A stretch of 60,035 nt of DNA, filler included. It is 4 parts of 4 records of this genome, joined end to end, with 100 filler letters (N's around TTAATTAATTAA, not from the genome) between each part and the next. Parts side by side here need not be neighbours in the genome. Positions count along the whole stretch, not along the records: positions 23,499 to 49,745 come from SRR31156797_118; positions 49,846 to 60,035 come from SRR31156797_137; 2 more parts are not named here. One strand, 5' to 3'. The notes beneath the pieces were generated by a model. It did no database searches. It worked only from the letters and a program-made list of their open reading frames with translations, and was not told the DNA's origin. The position numbers and the translations under genes are program-made. Position 1 is the stretch's first letter; every line of letters begins with the position of its first letter. Below, one piece after another: positions 42,018-52,217 of this stretch.

Positions 42018-43406
42018 ATGATGAAGAAATTAGTGTTCATTTTTATTATTAGTAGCCTTTTCATTTATTCTTGTGATAGCGATAACGATTCCATCGAGGA
42101 ATCTACATCCGAAATTGAATTGTTATTTCCTGTGCAAGAACAAGGTGAGATTGTGAATATCCCTATAAATACACCAATTCAGTTTCAAGCTAAGCTCTCA
42201 AATGATGAACCTGGAGAGATTATTTGGTGGTTAGAAGAAGATAGAGTTCATCGAAATTTGAATGATTTTTATACTTTTTCGAAGAATGGTTTATTTAAGG
42301 TCAATTTTTATTGTCATCTGAATAACGAGAATAAAGATCAAACATTTATCTGGGTTAATGTAGTTGGAAAAGTTGTAACCGATATTGCCAATGACGAAGT
42401 AGGCTGTGCTATCGCTGAAAATCAAAACGGCATTTATATTGTAACAAAAAACAGAGAATCTTATACTCGAGATGGAGCATTTGTATACAGGTATGCCGAT
42501 AATAAAGTGGTGGAATCTAAATATGTTGATGGAGTTGGTCAAATTAAAGATTTAGAAAAATTTGATAATGGAGATATTTTGATGATTAATACAACAGGTG
42601 AACTGAGAATGAGTTCAACTGAAGAGATTTTATTTGAACACACCGAATCTCCATATTCAGAGTATCATTTGGTGAAAAACGAAGATGGTTCTGTTACTGG
42701 TATAGGAGTCAATCAGGCAAGAACTAATGTTTATCAAGAAAAAAGAGATTTTAATGGTACTGTGATCAAAAAGGAAAAGATCACACGATCTGGAGATAAA
42801 AATATCAATGATGCTTATCAGGTGAATGATTCAATTTGTATGGTTATTTATCCTGATTATTGGGAAGAGCAATTGGAACTAAAAACAATAAATATTCTTA
42901 ATAAGAAAGAGCAAGAATCCGATCTTTATGATTTAATTCAGGTTCGTTGGAAAGATGCGAGATTTAATAAAATTACTAATGGAGTTTTAATATATCCTAC
43001 CGAAATGGAATTCGATTACCATTTTGTTCGTATGGATAAACAATTAAATAATATTAGACGAGAAAGATTTGAGAATTTAGATTATACTGATGACAGTTAT
43101 TATTGTGGAGAGTATGATGAATATTCAGAATGTCATGATAAAAAGGTATGGGGATGGGAATCTGATGATTTCTTCAATTTTATGACTCAAAATAATAAAC
43201 TTAGAATTAATAAGGAGTATAATTGGAAAGAACCAATATCAATATTTAATTCTACCTCACAAATTAAGGTTGATTGGGTATTTAAATCTGATGATAGCAT
43301 TCTTATACTAACCAATACGAAGAAATACAATGAATTTGGTTTTTATAGTAAGAGGTTTTGTACCATCTATAGAATGAACTTAAAAGGAGAATTTATTGAT
43401 TTATAG
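42018..43406 (+). CDS. Lipoprotein, hypothetical (PKD-like N-part)
   Basis: MMKKLVFIFIISSLFIYSC lipobox. Confidence 0.7.
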   Translation: MMKKLVFIFIISSLFIYSCDSDNDSIEESTSEIELLFPVQEQGEIVNIPINTPIQFQAKLSNDEPGEIIWWLEEDRVHRNLNDFYTFSKNGLFKVNFYCHLNNENKDQTFIWVNVVGKVVTDIANDEVGCAIAENQNGIYIVTKNRESYTRDGAFVYRYADNKVVESKYVDGVGQIKDLEKFDNGDILMINTTGELRMSSTEEILFEHTESPYSEYHLVKNEDGSVTGIGVNQARTNVYQEKRDFNGTVIKKEKITRSGDKNINDAYQVNDSICMVIYPDYWEEQLELKTINILNKKEQESDLYDLIQVRWKDARFNKITNGVLIYPTEMEFDYHFVRMDKQLNNIRRERFENLDYTDDSYYCGEYDEYSECHDKKVWGWESDDFFNFMTQNNKLRINKEYNWKEPISIFNSTSQIKVDWVFKSDDSILILTNTKKYNEFGFYSKRFCTIYRMNLKGEFIDL

Positions 43407-43429
43407 AATTAATTATATTTTAAACTTGA

Positions 43430-44107
43430 ATGAAACTAAAATCATTACTATTTTTTTTACTGATATTTATACATATATCAGCAATTAGTCAACAGAAATC
43501 GGTTACAGGAGAAGAAAGAAATATGGCTATCGATCTGGCAAATAAGGCCATTGTAAATATTCAGCAACAAAATTATGATGAGGCGATTCCATTAATGACA
43601 AAAGCCATTTCGATTGATTCAACATTGCGAAAGTCATATTTGTACTTGTACACTTTAGCATCCGAAAAAGAAGAATTTAGAGATTCAGCTATGATGCTTT
43701 TGCAAAAAGCAAAGAAATTATTTCAACAAGACGATGAAATCTGCTACTACATTGGAGAGATTTATAAAATGCAAGGAGATCTTAACAGAGCGATGATGGA
43801 ATATAGCATGGCAATAGCATACAGCAAGATAAATGGTTCGGATTTTTATTTGGTACCTCATTATTACTTTAATCGAGCAACAATATCTTTAAAGAAAAAT
43901 AGATATTCATCTGCTGTGGTTGACTATTCCTATGCTATTCAATTAAAGCCAGAATATACTCAGGCGTATATCAACAGAGGAATTAGCTTATTTCAATCTG
44001 GAAAAAAAGAAGATGCCTGTTCCGATTGGAAAACTGCAATGGGTTTAGAATCTGATGCTGCAAAAGAATACTGGGAAAGGAATTGTCAAGAGAAAGAAAT
44101 TAATTAA
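43430..44107 (+). CDS. Tetratricopeptide repeat protein
   Basis: YFNRA..A..DYS.AI.L.P and AYINRG..AC.DW motifs. Confidence 0.88.
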   Translation: MKLKSLLFFLLIFIHISAISQQKSVTGEERNMAIDLANKAIVNIQQQNYDEAIPLMTKAISIDSTLRKSYLYLYTLASEKEEFRDSAMMLLQKAKKLFQQDDEICYYIGEIYKMQGDLNRAMMEYSMAIAYSKINGSDFYLVPHYYFNRATISLKKNRYSSAVVDYSYAIQLKPEYTQAYINRGISLFQSGKKEDACSDWKTAMGLESDAAKEYWERNCQEKEIN

Positions 44108-44220
44108 GCCGAATTCAATAGTATTAGATAAGGAATAGCATCTCAGCTATTCCTTTCTTTTTGCCTATCCATCAGTTTTGTTAATTTTGCAAAGAATAAA
44201 TTAAGACAGAAAGTTAGCAC

Positions 44221-46722
44221 GTGATATATCCAGATAATTTTGAAACAAAACTAAGGTTCGATAAAGTTAGAGAACTGGTTAAAAAACAATGTTTAAGTTC
44301 GCTTGGTCGCGATTTAGTAGATGAAATTCGTTTTTCCAATTCGCACAGAACTGTAAATCGTTTGGTAAACGAAACCAATGAATTTAAAACCATTTGCCAG
44401 GAAGAAGAGAGTTTTCCAATTGGATACTTTATTGATGTAAGAGGAAGTTTGGAAAAAGTTCGTATAGATGGAACTTACCTGGAATTAGAGGAATTGTACA
44501 ATTTAAAGCGTTCTTTGGAGTCGATTTCTGCCATTCTTCGCTTTTTTGAGAAGAAGGATGAGGATGATTATCCATACCTGTTGAAATTAACTGGCAACGT
44601 GAAAATGTATCCATACATTTTCGAAAGAATTAATGGTATTATCACAAAAAACGGTAGGATAAAGGGTAATGCATCACCCGAATTACAGCAAATTAGAAGC
44701 TCTTTGATTCAGAAGCAATCGAACATATCAAAGCGCATGCAATCTATGTTAAAGATGGCACAACGTGAAGGTTGGGTCGATAGAGATGTTGCACTTTCTA
44801 TTCGTGATGGAAGAATTGTAATTCCAATTCCAGCAGGTCATAAGCGTAAGATCAAAGGGATTGTACACGATGAATCTGCAACAGGAAAAACCAGCTATAT
44901 TGAGCCTGCTGAAATTGTTGAAACCAACAATGAAATTCGAGAGTTGGAATATGCTGAACGTCGTGAGATTATTAAAATACTTCAAGAGTTTACGGCTCAA
45001 CTTCGACCATATATCGACGATTTATTTCGGGCTTACGAATTTTTAGCCAATATCGATTTTATCAGAGCAAAGGCAATGTTCTGTATTCAAGTGAATGCTC
45101 TGTTGCCAAAAATGGTAAATACACCAACTCTGTTATGGGAAAAAGCAACGCATCCGCTTTTATATCTGACATTGAAAAACGAAGGAAGAAAAGTGATTCC
45201 TTTAAGTCTTCAAATGGACGATGAGAAGAGAATTATTTTGATTTCAGGTCCAAATGCCGGAGGTAAATCGGTTTGTTTGCAAACTGTGGGATTGTTGCAG
45301 TATATGTTCCAGTGTGGCTTTTTGGTTCCTATGGAAGAGGAATCGAAGATTGGTATTTACGATAAAATTTTCATTGATATTGGTGATGAGCAATCTATTG
45401 AGAACGACTTAAGTACCTACAGTTCTCATTTGATGAACATGAAACATTTCCTTCGTAATTCAGATAAAGATACTTTGGTTCTGATTGATGAGTTTGGAAC
45501 AGGAACAGAACCTGCCTTAGGTGGGGCTATTGCCGAGTCGATATTAGATAAATTGAACCGCAAACAAGTTCGTGGTGTAATTACTACTCACTATTCCGGT
45601 TTAAAGCACTTTGCTTCCGAAGCAGATGGAATTGAGAATGGAGCCATGCTTTACGATTCGCATCAGATGAGACCTTTGTTTCAATTGGAGGTTGGCAAGC
45701 CAGGTTCTTCATTTGCATTCGAAATTGCAAGAAAAATTGGATTACCCGAAGAAATATTAAAAGCGGCAACCGATAAAATTGGTGAAGATCACATCAATTT
45801 TGACAAACACTTGCGTGATATTGTTCGAGATAAGAGATATTGGGAAGGTAAAAGAGATAAAATTCGCAGAAATGAAAAGAAACTGAATCAGCTTGTTGAG
45901 CAATACGATAAAGAGCTAAAAGACGCCAGTAAACTGCGTAAAGATATTATCGAAAAGGCACAGGAAGAGGCGAAACATTTGCTTCAGAATGCCAATAAAA
46001 CGATAGAAAAAACCATTCGTGAGATTAAGGAAAGTAAGGCTGAAAAAGAGAAAACCAGAAAAGTTAGAAAGGAATTTGAGGAGACTAAAGTTGAATTAAC
46101 TCAGGCTGAACTGGAGGAAGAGGAGAGAATCAACCGAAAAATTCAGAAACTTCAAAATCGTGAAAAGAAAAAGAATAGAGGTGCTAAAGAGGAAGTAAAT
46201 CCGGCTAAAGTAAGTAAGCCAGTTGTAAAAGCGAAGAAGCAATTCAATCCGGGTGTTATTGAGAAAGGTGATAATGTAAAACTGGATAATCAGACTTCTG
46301 TTGGAGAAGTGATCGAAATCAATAATAAAAATGCTGTTGTTGCATTTGGAAGTATTCAGACTACGGTTAAAATCCAGCGTCTTACAAAAGTTTCTAAATC
46401 ACAGGTTAAGAAGCAAGAGAAAACTTACAATCAAACATCAGCTTTGGTTCAGGAGAGAATTTCGAAACGAAAATTGAATTTCAGACAAGATCTTGATGTT
46501 AGAGGAATGAGAGGTGATGAGGCTCTGCAAATTGTAATGGATCATGTAGATGAGGCAATAATGCTTGAAGTGAGAGAGTTTAGAATTTTACATGGAACAG
46601 GTCATGGAATACTTCGCCAATTGATACGCGATTACTTGCAAACAGTAGAATTGGTTCGTCATTTTAGAGATGAGAAAATTCAAATGGGAGGATCGGGAAT
46701 AACCGTGGTAACCATGGATTAA
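44221..46722 (+). CDS. mutS2: Endonuclease MutS2
   Basis: ISGPNAGGKS, DIGDEQSIENDLSTYSSH, LIDEFGTGT and Smr domain (LDVRG..ILHGTG). Confidence 0.96.
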   Translation: MIYPDNFETKLRFDKVRELVKKQCLSSLGRDLVDEIRFSNSHRTVNRLVNETNEFKTICQEEESFPIGYFIDVRGSLEKVRIDGTYLELEELYNLKRSLESISAILRFFEKKDEDDYPYLLKLTGNVKMYPYIFERINGIITKNGRIKGNASPELQQIRSSLIQKQSNISKRMQSMLKMAQREGWVDRDVALSIRDGRIVIPIPAGHKRKIKGIVHDESATGKTSYIEPAEIVETNNEIRELEYAERREIIKILQEFTAQLRPYIDDLFRAYEFLANIDFIRAKAMFCIQVNALLPKMVNTPTLLWEKATHPLLYLTLKNEGRKVIPLSLQMDDEKRIILISGPNAGGKSVCLQTVGLLQYMFQCGFLVPMEEESKIGIYDKIFIDIGDEQSIENDLSTYSSHLMNMKHFLRNSDKDTLVLIDEFGTGTEPALGGAIAESILDKLNRKQVRGVITTHYSGLKHFASEADGIENGAMLYDSHQMRPLFQLEVGKPGSSFAFEIARKIGLPEEILKAATDKIGEDHINFDKHLRDIVRDKRYWEGKRDKIRRNEKKLNQLVEQYDKELKDASKLRKDIIEKAQEEAKHLLQNANKTIEKTIREIKESKAEKEKTRKVRKEFEETKVELTQAELEEEERINRKIQKLQNREKKKNRGAKEEVNPAKVSKPVVKAKKQFNPGVIEKGDNVKLDNQTSVGEVIEINNKNAVVAFGSIQTTVKIQRLTKVSKSQVKKQEKTYNQTSALVQERISKRKLNFRQDLDVRGMRGDEALQIVMDHVDEAIMLEVREFRILHGTGHGILRQLIRDYLQTVELVRHFRDEKIQMGGSGITVVTMD

Positions 46723-46781
46723 GATAATAAAATCTAGAATAATAAAGGGAAATTCATTGAGTTGAATTTCCCTTTTTCTTA

Positions 46782-47723
46782 TTATTTTAACCCGTCATTA
46801 ATTGCTTTTGCATATGAACTGCTTTTTCCATAGGCAGCACATTTTTGAATATCGTCGTACAGCCAAATAAATCCGCCATCGATATTTTCTTTTTCACTAG
46901 AGATTTTTTCTTGAATAATGGCTGGTTTGTCGCCATTACTGCAGTTTTCACCATTTCGACACCACAATCCGTAAGATACTTTTAAGTCTCCGAAATATTG
47001 GTTCCATTGAGAAGGTTTGTTTTTCCAACCTCCGGCATAGCACTGCAAATAAACTCGGTCAACAGTTCCAGCCTGTTTTGCTTCTACTTGCTCATAAACT
47101 GCTTTCCAATACTCATCTTCGTTAAAAGGGCATAGCGCAACCTTATATCCTATATCAGCAAGCATTAAGCTAAACTCAACAGTTGAAGGAACATCGAAGG
47201 TAACTTCATCGTCGTAATTAATTGCAGATGCACCAGTAATATCTTGTAGCTTTTGAAAAGCCTTGTATAATTTTGTGTCAGGACCGATTCCTTCTGAAGC
47301 AATTAGGTTTTTAATATTTTCCCACGATTGTGCTCCCCATGCACCTACTCCAAGTTCAATTCTGTCAACCGATGTTGGTTCAGTGGTTAAAGTAGCTAAT
47401 CTTGTTTGCCATTCCGGATCTCCAATATATTCACCTTCAGCATTTATAATAGGTGTGTCGTTAAAATTCATACTTCCATCAGCACCAATATGTATGGTCC
47501 AAATAATCACAGTTGAAAAACCTGATGATTTTAAATCTTCCATTACTTCCATTCCACCCGAGTAGAATGGTCCACCACCAAAAACGGCAGAATATTTTCC
47601 AGCAGGAACTTCTGAAGTATTTTTCGATGAGTTTTCTGAATCATTATTGGAATCACTACAGGCATTGCAAGCCGATAATGTAAAAAAAATGAAGAGATAA
47701 CTTAGTTTCTTTAGAATTGTCAT
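46782..47723 (-). CDS. GH18-like lipoprotein
   Basis: Lipobox LSAC, AINYDDE (DxDxE-like), YLQCYAGG and GGFIW motifs. Confidence 0.65.
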   Translation of the reverse strand: MTILKKLSYLFIFFTLSACNACSDSNNDSENSSKNTSEVPAGKYSAVFGGGPFYSGGMEVMEDLKSSGFSTVIIWTIHIGADGSMNFNDTPIINAEGEYIGDPEWQTRLATLTTEPTSVDRIELGVGAWGAQSWENIKNLIASEGIGPDTKLYKAFQKLQDITGASAINYDDEVTFDVPSTVEFSLMLADIGYKVALCPFNEDEYWKAVYEQVEAKQAGTVDRVYLQCYAGGWKNKPSQWNQYFGDLKVSYGLWCRNGENCSNGDKPAIIQEKISSEKENIDGGFIWLYDDIQKCAAYGKSSSYAKAINDGLK

Positions 47724-47880
47724 TCGTGTAAATTTATGTGTAAAAATATAACTCTAAAGTAATTGATGAGGGTTAATGATAGAGTTAATCTTGAATTAAC
47801 AGATAGAAAAAGGTATTAATAGCGCATAAAAAAGAGCCATTCTCTGAAGAATGACTCTAAGTAAAAGGTGTGAAATATTT

Positions 47881-49059
47881 TTAGATAAACATGCTTATCA
47901 ATACATAAAGGTAATGAGCAAAGGTACCAGCAAAAATACCTCCAATAGTATGTGATAGCAGTGCTTTTGATGTTAACTCTCGATAATTTAAGGTATCTAA
48001 CATTGCAGTGTGAGTACTTAAATATCCGCTCCAGCACATTCCCATGGCTGTAAATACTGCAATTACGTTTCCATCAATAATTCCTTTGGCAAGAAATGCT
48101 TTTACCAATGATAAAGCAGCTCCAACTGCACCAAGAGATGTAACTGGAAATGCGATTAATTCAGGATGTTTAAATCCGAATAAGCCTTCGAAAATCCACC
48201 ATACATATCCTGCTAATTCAGGTAAAATTGGTACTCCTTCATAAGCTAATCCCTGGTATCCTAGTGCAGCATCTTTAGGTCCAAAAGTTAGCATCATTAC
48301 CATGGTTGATATAATTAAAACGCCAGGAATAATTGCAAGACCTAAGTCGACTCCCGATTTTCCTCCATCTAAAATTGAGTTAAGGAAACGAAGGAATACG
48401 CTACCTTCAGATTTGAAGCTGATTTTTTCAGTTGCACCTTCAAAATCATTATCCTGGCGAACAGGAATGTTTCCCTTGATCAATCGTTGCATCAATCTGG
48501 TTGAAACTACAGCTCCGAATAATGCACCAACAAGACCAATTAATGCTGGAATAAATAAATTCTCATCATTTCCAGGAATCTTTAGGGTAGACATGAAAGT
48601 GATTACAATTAATCCCATTCCGAAAGCAGTACCGAAATTGGTCAAAGAAACCAACTGGTAGTTTTTAAAGTATTTGCTAAAATTCTTATCGTTAGCCAAA
48701 CTAATAATAGCTGGATTATCCGATAAAAAGGTCAATACTCCTGCAAGTGCACCAACACCAGGCAGGTTGAATAATGGTTTCATGAGTGGAGCAAGAATTT
48801 TTTCCAGTAATCGAACCACTCCAAATTCAATTAAAAGCTTGCCTAATGCTCCCGATAAAACGGTAATTCCCATAATATAGAATACGGTATTCATTAACAA
48901 ATCCCATGCGGTATTCATAATGGTATTCAGCATATTGGCAACGCCCATCGTATGACCGATGTATCCAAAAATCCCGAAAAAAGTAAGAAGAAACATGACA
49001 GCTTCGTAGCGTCGCTTCTTCAAAAAATCCGTCTCTTTAATCGACTTAATTGCGTTCAT
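47881..49059 (-). CDS. CD0519/CD1768-like polytopic membrane protein
   Basis: FLSDNPAII, LTNFGTAFGMG and MGMCWSGYLSTHTAM motifs. Start placed at ATG 49059 because the TTG at 49098 overlaps a TACATTTG promoter element. Confidence 0.75.
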   Translation of the reverse strand: MNAIKSIKETDFLKKRRYEAVMFLLTFFGIFGYIGHTMGVANMLNTIMNTAWDLLMNTVFYIMGITVLSGALGKLLIEFGVVRLLEKILAPLMKPLFNLPGVGALAGVLTFLSDNPAIISLANDKNFSKYFKNYQLVSLTNFGTAFGMGLIVITFMSTLKIPGNDENLFIPALIGLVGALFGAVVSTRLMQRLIKGNIPVRQDNDFEGATEKISFKSEGSVFLRFLNSILDGGKSGVDLGLAIIPGVLIISTMVMMLTFGPKDAALGYQGLAYEGVPILPELAGYVWWIFEGLFGFKHPELIAFPVTSLGAVGAALSLVKAFLAKGIIDGNVIAVFTAMGMCWSGYLSTHTAMLDTLNYRELTSKALLSHTIGGIFAGTFAHYLYVLISMFI

Positions 49060-49302
49060 TCTAAAAGGTTGTGTTTTTGTGTTTGTATTTTGCTGCAAAT
49101 GTAAATTTTTACGGTGGTTTACGTGATTTTTTCGATATGATCTTTATCAGCTTTTTAAAGGGCTAAATATGTTGCAAAAGCATGTTTAATATTTCATGTT
49201 TTATAATTAATAGAAGGTAGTAATTACTCAATTTGTTGATAAAATCTTCTTCATTCTTCCCTCTAATTGTACTAGCTTTGTCTTCCCAATCAAATTTCAT
49301 CA

Positions 49303-49745
49303 ATGTCGGCAGCAAAACACGCATTAAAAAGATATTTCGGATACGATCAGTTTCGTCCCCTTCAGGAAAAGGTTATACAGTCGGTGCTTAAAGGCAACGA
49401 TGCTGTGGTAATTATGCCTACCGGTGGAGGAAAATCGATGTGTTATCAGATTCCAGCATTAATAATGGAGGGAGTTACCATTGTGGTTTCACCTCTTATT
49501 GCATTGATGAAAGATCAGGTGGAAGGGTTGAGAGCCAATGGGGTTTATGCGGATTACTTAAATAGTTCTCAAACATCGCATCAGCAAGCAAAAGTATTGG
49601 AAAATATTACTGCAGGAAAAATAAAACTCCTGTACGTGTCACCCGAGAAATTAGTGAGCCAGGAATTTTATTATTTGCTTTTGCAGATGAAAGTGAACTT
49701 GTTTGCTATCGATGAAGCGCATTGTATTTCGGTTTGGGGACATGA
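49303..49745 (+). CDS. recQ: DNA helicase RecQ, N-terminal fragment
   Basis: FGYDQFR, MPTGGGKS, SPLIALMKDQV and IDEAHCIS.WGH motifs; cut by the contig end. Confidence 0.95.
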
Positions 49746-49845
49746 NNNNNNNNNNNNNNNNNNNNNNNNNNNNNNNNNNNNNNNNNNNNTTAATTAATTA
49801 ANNNNNNNNNNNNNNNNNNNNNNNNNNNNNNNNNNNNNNNNNNNN
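49746..49845. other. Artificial contig spacer
   Basis: N-run containing TTAATTAATTAA. Confidence 0.99.
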
Positions 49846-50142
49846 GGCATAAAAATTTTTGTCTGTCATTTTTCCTTTCTGGATTTTATTGAGAAGACTT
49901 TTTTCTGCATCACTTCTATGTTGTTCCTCAATATTTGTAGCAATTACTGCTACTCTTCCCTCATATATTAATTCAGAAGCATATTTTTCACTAATACTTG
50001 AATAAAGATTAAACTGATGATTTTGTTCTGAACCCTCCTCTAGGGCATCCATTAGTTTTTTATCTATTTTAGGGTCCTTATAGCTTTTGCTAAACTTGAT
50101 ATGGTTTTTTGTGTTGTAATATTTATTTTCTGAAGTGGTCAT
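49846..50142 (-). CDS. Hypothetical protein; 3' truncated
   Basis: AAGGA SD before the ATG; frame open to the contig edge. Confidence 0.65.
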
Positions 50143-50411
50143 AATATTCCTTGTTTTTATAATATTTTATGTGTTAAGTATTAACCAAAGCTTAATTAAC
50201 TTTAAATTTTAAAAGAAAATGAAAGTTGATAAAGAAAAGTCTCTATTTTTTCTAAACAGTATTTAAAATGGTAAAAAAGCTACGATTTATCGTGCTTTTG
50301 GAATTGTTTTCGAAGGTGTGTAGGAGTGTTGGGATTATAGTGTTCGCCCCTGCGAACACTAACCTTTAAAAATTAAAAAGAAGTTTAGTGATGTATTTAA
50401 ATATTTCGAGT

Positions 50412-51167
50412 TTATTGATTCTCTTTAATTATTATGTGAACTTCTTCATTGTGTTTCCTTACCTCCTCTCCTAATTTGTCAAAGAAATCTTTAGGGTGTT
50501 TATATAATTCTTGATTATTTGTTAGTATTAACTCTTCAGTTGTAGTAAGGGTTCTAATCATATTTTTTAATTTGCCATCTTCTCCAAATTTTCTTACGAT
50601 AATAAAAGAGCCAAATTGTATAATACTTTCTTCCTCTTTCGTAGATTCTAATAATTGTGAAATTGCAGAAGCTAAATTTACATCTAATTCCACTTGAGAT
50701 TTATTAACTGTTTTATTTTCTATATGTCTCTCTATTTTTTTTACTTTTTCTTTTACTTCTTTATTGGTAACCAAGTTTTTAGTTACTGCCATTATGCGTT
50801 TAAATATGGATCCAATTTTTTCAACATCTAAATCAACATACAAATTTAGTTCATTAAAGATTTTATCAAATGCATATATTATTACCTCTCTGTTGTTTGC
50901 ATTAGAAAAATAGAGTATTACATTAATACCTCTTAAACATTTTTTACTTTTACTTAATGGGTTTGTTTCTATAATTCCATAAAGCATAGCTTCTCTTAAT
51001 GCACTCTCTTCAAGTAACTGATTATATTTAGATACTAAATTATTATATTTCTCTCTAGCTTCAGACCTGTTCAGAGGGTATCTCGAAAATAGGTGAGCTT
51101 TTGATCTCAATCGTGGTCTTCTTCTGGAAGATATACTGTTATAAAAATCGACTTTATTTATTGGCAT
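50412..51167 (-). CDS. Hypothetical protein
   Basis: 251-aa ORF with AAGGA SD. Confidence 0.75.
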   Translation of the reverse strand: MPINKVDFYNSISSRRRPRLRSKAHLFSRYPLNRSEAREKYNNLVSKYNQLLEESALREAMLYGIIETNPLSKSKKCLRGINVILYFSNANNREVIIYAFDKIFNELNLYVDLDVEKIGSIFKRIMAVTKNLVTNKEVKEKVKKIERHIENKTVNKSQVELDVNLASAISQLLESTKEEESIIQFGSFIIVRKFGEDGKLKNMIRTLTTTEELILTNNQELYKHPKDFFDKLGEEVRKHNEEVHIIIKENQ

Positions 51168-51255
51168 AGTACTATCCTTGAGTTTATATAGTATTGTAAT
51201 AAAATATGAATTAATTTTAATAATTATTAAGTTTATGGCATAAAATTAATTTTAA

Positions 51256-51314
51256 AATAATTCTAAATAATTTAGATTATATATATTGACAAATTAATAT
51301 TTTATCTATATACT
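51256..51314 (+). promoter_or_regulatory. Inverted repeat plus sigma70 promoter for the DUF2726/recombinase pair
   Basis: AATAATTCTAA-ATAAT-TTAGATTAT, then TTGACA(51286)-17 nt-TATACT(51309). Confidence 0.7.
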
Positions 51315-51344
51315 TAAGTTAGACTATTATAGGAGAAATTTATA

Positions 51345-52217
51345 GTGAAGAAACAAAATAACTATTCAATTGAAGAACTATATTTATTACTACAAAATAA
51401 ACAATGGAATAAATTACTACAGTTTGAAAAAGAAAATAGAAAACAAATATTAAAAGATGATCAAATAAAAAATATTTATGAAAATTTCTTTTTTCCAGAG
51501 TATATTAAATATATAGAACTATTGGACGACAAACTTAGTTCAATTGTTGAAGCGAAACAGCTATATAAACATTTTATACAACTATATAACACTAGTACAT
51601 ATCATTTTGAAGATAATTTTATAGCATTTACAGTAGTTTTTTTAGATATGTTAAAAGATGATAATTTAGAAATAGCCTATACTTATGCGAAAAAATGGGA
51701 AGAACTTGATGTTGCAAAGCTTATCATCGAAGAGTACTCAAAAAATAAAGTGCTGCACTCACAGAGCGACATTATGCATATCAAAAAAATTGAAGACACT
51801 AAAAAAAATAGATCCACTATAAATCTTTTAAAAAGCAAACAAGAAGTTGACTTTTTTAATGCAGTAAGAAGTTGCTATATGAATTTTTTTATCTATCCCA
51901 ATGTAGCATTAAGCTGTATAATTGATTTTGAAAAGATTGAAGCTGAACTTACTGAGCAAGAAAAAGCATATTTTTTTAAATCAATTGTAGATTGTGTTGT
52001 ATTTAAAGAGGAAAATAATAATTATAAGCCATGCTTCTTTTTTGAACTTGATAGCATCTATCATGATACAGAAAAAATGAAACAAAATGATAATAAAAAA
52101 AATAGAATATTTGAATTGTCAGGACTCAAATTGATAAGAATAAGACCAAAAAGAGAAGAAAAATTGAATGAAGAAAATTTTAAAATTGCTATCAATGAGG
52201 CAATAGGAAATGAATAA
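51345..52217 (+). CDS. DUF2726 domain protein (restriction-endonuclease-like fold)
   Basis: IYPNVAL..II, VDCVVF, FFELDSIYHD and DNKKNRIF..SGLKLIRI motifs; AGGAG SD. Confidence 0.8.
   Translation: MKKQNNYSIEELYLLLQNKQWNKLLQFEKENRKQILKDDQIKNIYENFFFPEYIKYIELLDDKLSSIVEAKQLYKHFIQLYNTSTYHFEDNFIAFTVVFLDMLKDDNLEIAYTYAKKWEELDVAKLIIEEYSKNKVLHSQSDIMHIKKIEDTKKNRSTINLLKSKQEVDFFNAVRSCYMNFFIYPNVALSCIIDFEKIEAELTEQEKAYFFKSIVDCVVFKEENNNYKPCFFFELDSIYHDTEKMKQNDNKKNRIFELSGLKLIRIRPKREEKLNEENFKIAINEAIGNE

Noticed and set aside
788-48880. Many antisense or overlapping ORFs in the track (e.g. 1890-2558, 8010-8504, 19650-20060)
   Set aside because: Shadow frames of well-supported genes.
9663-49845. TTAATTAATTAA motifs and ORFs running into N-runs (23443-23658, and the ends of 49303-49797 and 49798-50142)
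   Set aside because: Artificial linkers; no biological linkage can be inferred across them.
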